Notes under the pieces: model-generated
What the model saw: only the letters and a program-made list of their open reading frames with translations
Told to the model about the DNA's origin: nothing
Databases searched by the model: none
In this document: positions 47,301 to 52,656 of the stretch, one piece after another
Layout of the letters: every line of letters begins with the position of its first letter
Position numbering within the stretch: the stretch's first letter is position 1
Program-made: the position numbers and the translations under genes
Origin: a virus
Lineage: Duplodnaviria > Caudoviricetes
Direction: 5' to 3' (one strand)
IMG/VR virus record: IMGVR_UViG_3300031801_000001
Location: 1-52,656 of that record
Length of the DNA: 52,656 bases

Positions 47301-47591
47301 TTAATCCATTCTCACAACTGCCAAAACATAATTCTCAAGAATCAAATGTTGGGTTTGTTCCTTAAATGTAACATTCTCAATCATCTGATTGTTAACCACC
47401 ACAACGTCTCCTTTAAAGACAGAAACGCTGCAATCCTTTGCAACTGATTTAACTTTATAAAGTTCATGAAAGCTTGCAACTGTCACATGTGATTCAGGAA
47501 AAAGAACCAAAGATTCCTCTTTTTCTTCTTCTTCTTTCTCAATCGGATCAAGAGTGAGATACCTATTAACAGGCTCTAAACTATATATCAT
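47301..47591 (-). CDS. GroES-like co-chaperonin
   Basis: LEPVNRYL...LVLFP...VKSVA...VFKGDVVV...LILENYVLAVV; 96 aa. Confidence 0.7.
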   Translation of the reverse strand: MIYSLEPVNRYLTLDPIEKEEEEKEESLVLFPESHVTVASFHELYKVKSVAKDCSVSVFKGDVVVVNNQMIENVTFKEQTQHLILENYVLAVVRMD

Positions 47592-47803
47592 TCATCGTTC
47601 CATTGCCAAATTGAAGGCTGTTTTCTCAACATTGCCAAAGAAAGTTCAGGGGGATCTCCGTGAGGTTGCTTGTGAACTGTTGTAACTTGAAAAAGCAATT
47701 TTGCATCTCCCTGTACAATAATATCACCTTCGCGTAATTCTTTAAGTTCTTTTTTAGACCATTTTCCATTTCTAAACGTTTCATAAATCTCATTTTCATC
47801 CAT
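47588..47803 (-). CDS. Hypothetical protein
   Basis: LREGDII motif. Confidence 0.5.
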   Translation of the reverse strand: MDENEIYETFRNGKWSKKELKELREGDIIVQGDAKLLFQVTTVHKQPHGDPPELSLAMLRKQPSIWQWNDE

Positions 47804-48056
47804 TTTTAATTCCTTTATACCCTCGGGTATTTCTTTTCAAGCAGCTTGTACATCTTTTGGATTTCTGCCAAGTCTGCATCATTGTGTTCCATGACGCCTC
47901 TAAACAAATTACAGAATCCCACTTACATTGTGTTGTGCCATATGACAAATCACATAAAATCATATCAACCGAACCATCGTCAACAATGGGCAACAATCGT
48001 AAACAACCACCCTGAATTATTTTGTTAAGCAAACTATCCGCACTTACTAAATCCAC
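47796..48056 (-). pseudogene. Truncated N6/N4 DNA methyltransferase remnant
   Basis: IIQGGCL...SVDMILCDLSYGTTQCKWD (D-x-P-Y motif altered to DLSY); similarity is lost afterwards. Confidence 0.7.
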
Positions 48057-50442
48057 ACGACTTGCAAGTCACGCAGCCCTCAACATAAATCAAATCTGCT
48101 CCACAACTCTCACAAGAGATACCATCAACCTGTTCGCCATCTTGAATATACTTTTTCAGTACTCTGGCAATACATTTTGAAAAACTAAACATTTCACTGT
48201 CTCTGTCCTTCATCAATTGCTCGACCAAGAATTTAGTTTTCGCTCCGTGTCTCAATGCCAATGAAAGCATTCTTGTAAAAGCTGAATGATTTGCATTATC
48301 AAACACTCGTACAATATCCTTAACAACAACTTCGCTTTCATCGTCTCCAAATCTTAAATCGTATTTAGAATTTGTAGTTTTCCTTGAATTCTTCACAAGA
48401 ATTCCTTTTCCATACTTTTTCGGAATCTCAATCAAATCCGACTTACCGCCCATAACCTCATAAGGTTTATCACCATACAATCCAACCAATATCGTCCAAG
48501 GCTCTCCTTGAATCGTGGTATGGTGAATTTCGCACTCTAACTCTTTTGGTCGTTTTGGGGAACATCGTTGTGGAAAACCATCTTCCTTTTTCTCTGTCAC
48601 CAAAACTCCGGTACGAGAACCATCTACGTAAACAGTGATTCCCTTAAGTCCTTTCTTCCATCCCTTAAAATATAACTCTCCTACAACATCTGGAGACGTG
48701 CCTGCAGGAAGATTAATTGTTGAACTAATCGAATGATCAATATACTTTTGAATGGTCGCCTGTATTTCAATTCTTCTATTCCACTCAATTGTATCTGAAG
48801 AAATAAAGAATTTAGGCAATTCAGTTGAACCATTCACTTTGAATTTTTTCCTCCATTGCTGAATGTTGTGGTGAAACACTTTATATTCTTTCCATCTATC
48901 TCCGAGATCGTCTACAAAATCAGCCTCTTCGTTAATCTGATCATGATTGAGCTTTCTTCTACGAAGATACCAATTTCTAAATACCGGCTCAATACCAGAG
49001 CTTGTCTGAGACAAGATAGAAACCGAACCAGTAGGAGCATTTGTCAATAGTGAAATATTACGTCTCCCAAATTTGGAAATTTTGTCCCGCAAAAAATTTG
49101 GCAATCTTTTAATATAAGAATTGTTTTGTTCCACAGCCCAGGAAAAAACAGGAAAAGCTCCACGTTCCTTAGCCAACTCAACGCTCTCGGCATAAGCTTC
49201 ATTTCTAAGGATTTTATAAATTGAATCAATAACCTTGAGAGCTTCTTCGGAATCATAAGCTAAATTCAAGCACGCCAAAGCATCAGCCAATCCGTGCGTA
49301 CCCAAGCCCGTCCGTCTACCACCCTCGCAAGCCTTAAGCATCTTAGTCCACAAAACCTTTTCAGATTCAGTATCTACGATATCGATAATGCCCCTAAGCT
49401 TCTCAATTTCAAGCTCAACCAAATCATCTGATAAACGCATTGCCACTGAAACTGTCTTTTTGAAAGCCTTGAAATCAAAAACTGGTTCTACAAAGGGACT
49501 TTTAATAAAGCCTTTGAGGTTTAGTGAAATCAAACGACACGAATCATATGGAGACAAGGCAATTTCACCACAAGGGTTAGTTGTCACAGTCTTATACTGT
49601 TCATAACACTGAGCGGGTAAATTCTTGAGAATATTATCCCACATCAGCAATCCCGGCTCAGCATTTTCTGTAGCCGACTTAACAATTGATTGCCACAAAT
49701 CTTTTGCCTTGATTGTCTTGGTATATTTTGGCTTTTTGGAATCAATAGGAAACCTTAACTCAAAATCTTTATCTGCCTCGACGGCTTTCATGAATTCGTC
49801 ACTAATTTTGACTGAAACATTCGCTCCAGTTACTTTTGACAAATCATTTTTCATTGTCACAAATTTCTCAATATCTGGGTGTGCGACATCCATTGAAATC
49901 ATCAACGCTCCACGCCTATTGTTCTGACCAATCATACGACAAACAAATGAATAGAAATCTGCAAAACTCCAAGCTCCCGTCGATGTTCCGGCTGAATTGC
50001 TTACTCTTGCTTTCTCAGGACGAAGAGTTGAGATATCAATACCCACCCCACAACGGCGAGCAAATAAATTAGCCAATTCTTTGCCTGACTCCATGATGGA
50101 GGAAATACTATCTTGGGGGGATGCTACAACCACGCAATTTGATAGGGAGACATTAACATTATTGTTGCCAATGCCATACATTGGTGAACCTTGAGGGACA
50201 ATCTTTGAGAAATTCTTGAAATAAGAATAAATCTCCTCTTCGGATAGCTTTCTATCTCCTCCAAATTGTTCTTCTATTCTCGCAAACTCTTTCGCTAAGC
50301 GGTGATGCATTGCATCGGGAGTAGACTCTAAAATTACTCCCTTCTTGTTTTTAAGGGCGTACTTATCAAATACATTAGCAGCTAACTCATCATCATTGAA
50401 ATATTTTAAAGACTCATCCTTAAATTGTTGCTCGGTAAACAT
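48034..50442 (-). CDS. nrdJ: Class II (B12-dependent) ribonucleotide reductase
   Basis: SLSNC, RRGALM, ANVSV, TNPCGE, APTGS, C-terminal CESCG...EGCVTCKSCG; no NrdB nearby. Confidence 0.92.
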   Translation of the reverse strand: MFTEQQFKDESLKYFNDDELAANVFDKYALKNKKGVILESTPDAMHHRLAKEFARIEEQFGGDRKLSEEEIYSYFKNFSKIVPQGSPMYGIGNNNVNVSLSNCVVVASPQDSISSIMESGKELANLFARRCGVGIDISTLRPEKARVSNSAGTSTGAWSFADFYSFVCRMIGQNNRRGALMISMDVAHPDIEKFVTMKNDLSKVTGANVSVKISDEFMKAVEADKDFELRFPIDSKKPKYTKTIKAKDLWQSIVKSATENAEPGLLMWDNILKNLPAQCYEQYKTVTTNPCGEIALSPYDSCRLISLNLKGFIKSPFVEPVFDFKAFKKTVSVAMRLSDDLVELEIEKLRGIIDIVDTESEKVLWTKMLKACEGGRRTGLGTHGLADALACLNLAYDSEEALKVIDSIYKILRNEAYAESVELAKERGAFPVFSWAVEQNNSYIKRLPNFLRDKISKFGRRNISLLTNAPTGSVSILSQTSSGIEPVFRNWYLRRRKLNHDQINEEADFVDDLGDRWKEYKVFHHNIQQWRKKFKVNGSTELPKFFISSDTIEWNRRIEIQATIQKYIDHSISSTINLPAGTSPDVVGELYFKGWKKGLKGITVYVDGSRTGVLVTEKKEDGFPQRCSPKRPKELECEIHHTTIQGEPWTILVGLYGDKPYEVMGGKSDLIEIPKKYGKGILVKNSRKTTNSKYDLRFGDDESEVVVKDIVRVFDNANHSAFTRMLSLALRHGAKTKFLVEQLMKDRDSEMFSFSKCIARVLKKYIQDGEQVDGISCESCGADLIYVEGCVTCKSCGFSKCG

Positions 50443-50452
50443 TTATTTCCTA

Positions 50453-51817
50453 TTATTTCTTCTTTTTAAAGTCAGCATATTTTCTCTTTAGACTCTCAGC
50501 CTGTTCTTTTGTTGATGCTGTTACAATCTGATCAATTGTCTCAGTTGTCTGTTGCATCACTTCAATTTTTACTCTCGATGTGTCCATCAGGATAGGATAA
50601 ATCAAACCATCTGGACCATTTCTATTCTTTGCTATAAACACTCTTCCGCCGTTGTTAATCTTATCCTCAATTGTCCGAGAGACAGTGAAAATAAAGTCAG
50701 CAACAAAACACTTGTTATAGGCTTCCGAAATGGCTTCCATTGTAATAACTTCTGCATTCAATCCTGATCTATTCGTCTGAGAGGCTGTGAAAAGCGGACA
50801 TTGAAATTCCTGAGCCAGTGAACGAAGCTCTTCATAAATAGATTCCAGTTCATATCTTTTCTCTTTTCTTATCACTGTTGGACGCAATAAATCACCATAA
50901 TCTACAATAATCATATCAATAGATTCGCCAAAACGACGAAGCTTCTCTAAGTGATTTCGAATTGTATTTACCGAAGCAGATTTAGTTGGATATTCCTTAA
51001 CAATCAATTTACCTTGTAAACTTTTAACTTTTTCAAGAATATCGTCCTTAAAAAGAGATAACTCATCCAAAGGAACATTTGTCATACAACTATCATATCT
51101 TGAAGCCACAACTTTATCTTGAAGCTCTAAAGTATAATGTACTACATTCTTTCCCTGCAACAAAGCCTGCACACCTAAATGCACAAGGCACATGCTTTTT
51201 CCTGCACCTGTCGCAGCGATTACCACTCCCAATTCTCCATCACCCAATCCACCACTAGTGATTGAATCAATCTCTTTCCACCCAGTTGAAACTGGATTAC
51301 GAAATCTTGGTTTAAATCTCTCTTCAAAATCTTTCAAATAGTCATAGCCAACATTATTATCTAATCCTAATTTAAGAGCGTCCAAAATGGACTTTGAAAT
51401 CTCATCAAAAGATGATGTTTGCAACAATTTTGAACTTTTAATCATTGCTTCTTTGAGTTTTTGCTTCTTACAAAAATCCAAAGCCGTTTCTTTGATGTAT
51501 TTCATTCCATCTACGAAGTCAGAGGATTGCACACGGGCGAAGAAGCTCCTCACTTGCATCTGTAGGGCTTCTGGCTCATCATCCATGTCAGACTTAAGGA
51601 TGGAGGTTAAAGTGTTGTAGGATGGATGTGAGCCGTACTTCTCTCTGTATTCAAAAATCTTCTTTGTAAAGATCTGTAAGTACTTGAGTTCTAGGAACTG
51701 AATATCGAGAACTTCAGAAATTTGATCACAGAATGGTCTGTCTTGAAGGATTAGTTGACACAATGACTCTTGAAATGCCTTTCCGTATTTAGAAAAAGAA
51801 ACCTTATCTTTATTCAC
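50453..51817 (-). CDS. Replicative SF4 helicase (DnaB/gp41-like)
   Basis: AATGAGKS, TLEL, IVDYGDLL, TASQTNR, AKNRNG. Confidence 0.93.
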   Translation of the reverse strand: MNKDKVSFSKYGKAFQESLCQLILQDRPFCDQISEVLDIQFLELKYLQIFTKKIFEYREKYGSHPSYNTLTSILKSDMDDEPEALQMQVRSFFARVQSSDFVDGMKYIKETALDFCKKQKLKEAMIKSSKLLQTSSFDEISKSILDALKLGLDNNVGYDYLKDFEERFKPRFRNPVSTGWKEIDSITSGGLGDGELGVVIAATGAGKSMCLVHLGVQALLQGKNVVHYTLELQDKVVASRYDSCMTNVPLDELSLFKDDILEKVKSLQGKLIVKEYPTKSASVNTIRNHLEKLRRFGESIDMIIVDYGDLLRPTVIRKEKRYELESIYEELRSLAQEFQCPLFTASQTNRSGLNAEVITMEAISEAYNKCFVADFIFTVSRTIEDKINNGGRVFIAKNRNGPDGLIYPILMDTSRVKIEVMQQTTETIDQIVTASTKEQAESLKRKYADFKKKK

Positions 51818-52085
51818 TAACCAACTCCAAAATTTCTATTTCTTCATTTCGGGAACCGATATTTCCTCCCCATAAAACTATGTATTGTTCAGTCTCCTGC
51901 CACGTTTCAGGGGGATCTTTACCAATATCTTGATACTCTGTTGATTTTGCTACACCAGTAACCAAACCAACCTTCCCATGAAGCTCTGAAAGTATTGTTG
52001 GGTCGCCTTTTGAATCGCAACCCATTGTAAGAGCGTCATGCACACGAACCAAGTCTCCAACTTTAATTTCTCTTTTCTCACTCAT
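51810..52085 (-). CDS. Small SH3/KOW-like protein
   Basis: EIKVGDLVRV...VGLVTG...YIVLW. Confidence 0.65.
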   Translation of the reverse strand: MSEKREIKVGDLVRVHDALTMGCDSKGDPTILSELHGKVGLVTGVAKSTEYQDIGKDPPETWQETEQYIVLWGGNIGSRNEEIEILELVSE

Positions 52086-52332
52086 TCCAATCTCGTTCCA
52101 ATGCCTTTTGTGGCTCTTCTTTGTGGATCAGCAAATGTTCTTGCAATGTAGCCATATTAACCTTTTTGTTCGGAACTTTTAAGGCAAATTTTGCGGCAAC
52201 TTCTTACTCAAGTTCGGGAAAAAATCGTTGAAACAACTCTTTGACTTGTTCTTTGGTTGCATTTTCGATATTTACAATATATCCGCCAACAACTTTATGC
52301 ACACTAATATTATTTACATAATCATTACTCAT
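52078..52332 (-). pseudogene. Remnant resembling a BCS1-like AAA ATPase C-terminal lid, with an in-frame TAA
   Basis: ATKEQVKELFQRFFPELE*EVAAKFA...MATLQEHLLIHKEEPQKA; TAA at 52204-52206. Confidence 0.45.
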
Positions 52333-52520
52333 TCTGAATCGTATCTCCAGCAATCCTCAATCCAATGTTCGCTCAAATGAATTTTGGTTCCACAGTGCAA
52401 CATAATAATATAAAGTAAACTACCTTCAACATCTATTTGTCCCATTATAATACCATATTTACCTGATATCTTTTCTCTAATAATGCTGGAATCTTTAACT
52501 TTTATTAGGGTGCCAATCAC
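52329..52520 (-). CDS. Small SH3/KOW-like protein
   Basis: MIGTLIKV...YGIIMG; ACTAATTA 4 nt upstream. Confidence 0.55.
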   Translation of the reverse strand: MIGTLIKVKDSSIIREKISGKYGIIMGQIDVEGSLLYIIMLHCGTKIHLSEHWIEDCWRYDSE

Positions 52521-52656
52521 ACACTAATTAGTTATCCGTTAAACCTCTAATAGATAATTGCCACTAATGGTGAAAGGTTTATTCTCTCCGCACAACATCA
52601 CTCTAACAGTGGAGGGATCCCATCCTTGTTCTCTCCCGAGAATCTCTAGAACCAAA

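Noticed and set aside
40279-51817. Inteins or introns in dnaE, nrdJ or the helicase
   Set aside because: Lengths are ordinary, and no C...HN splice motifs or LAGLIDADG/HNH inserts were seen.
3744-52332. Stop-codon reassignment
   Set aside because: All long conserved genes are intact in the standard code, and all three stop codons end genes. The two in-frame stops (TGA, TAA) differ and lie in decayed ORFs.
1-52656. Bacterial chromosome or prophage origin; tRNA genes
   Set aside because: Housekeeping-like genes are out of bacterial operon context and mixed with phage-type helicase, endolysin and orphans. No integrase, att site or cloverleaf was recognised by eye.

Overview
Fragment of a large tailed dsDNA bacteriophage genome, almost all on the minus strand, with no tRNA, rRNA, CRISPR array or integrase seen. 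It has three zones. (1) About 1-15 kb is an early or host-takeover-like region built from repeated near-consensus sigma70 promoters (TTGAC-N16/17-TAAATT/TATATT). It holds about 25 small paralogous SH3/KOW-like genes, four double Zn-knuckle paralogs, a MoxR-type AAA ATPase with a DUF2201/VWA peptidase, and intergenic sigma54 boxes. Four of the SH3-like paralogs carry a 78-84 nt variable insert that reads Pro/Arg-rich in sense and as a clean (Gly-Glu)n linker in antisense. (2) About 15-38 kb holds DnaJ, Hsp20, GroEL, ClpP, an amidase endolysin, a myxobacterial-type Cys-rich/VWA lipoprotein and a putative late-promoter motif (ACTADTTA). A set of proteins here share an N-terminal W-x-x-[FY]-x-x-E leader, including a HAD phosphatase + 2H phosphoesterase + CCA-adding enzyme operon that looks like a tRNA 3'-end repair kit. 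(3) About 38-52.6 kb covers replication and nucleotide metabolism: GuaB/GuaC-like, Dam-like MTase, dUTPase, DnaE, PurA, GroES-like, NrdJ and a DnaB-like helicase. A Myxococcota/deltaproteobacterial-like host is inferred, not shown. All calls come from motif recognition by eye; no searches were run.
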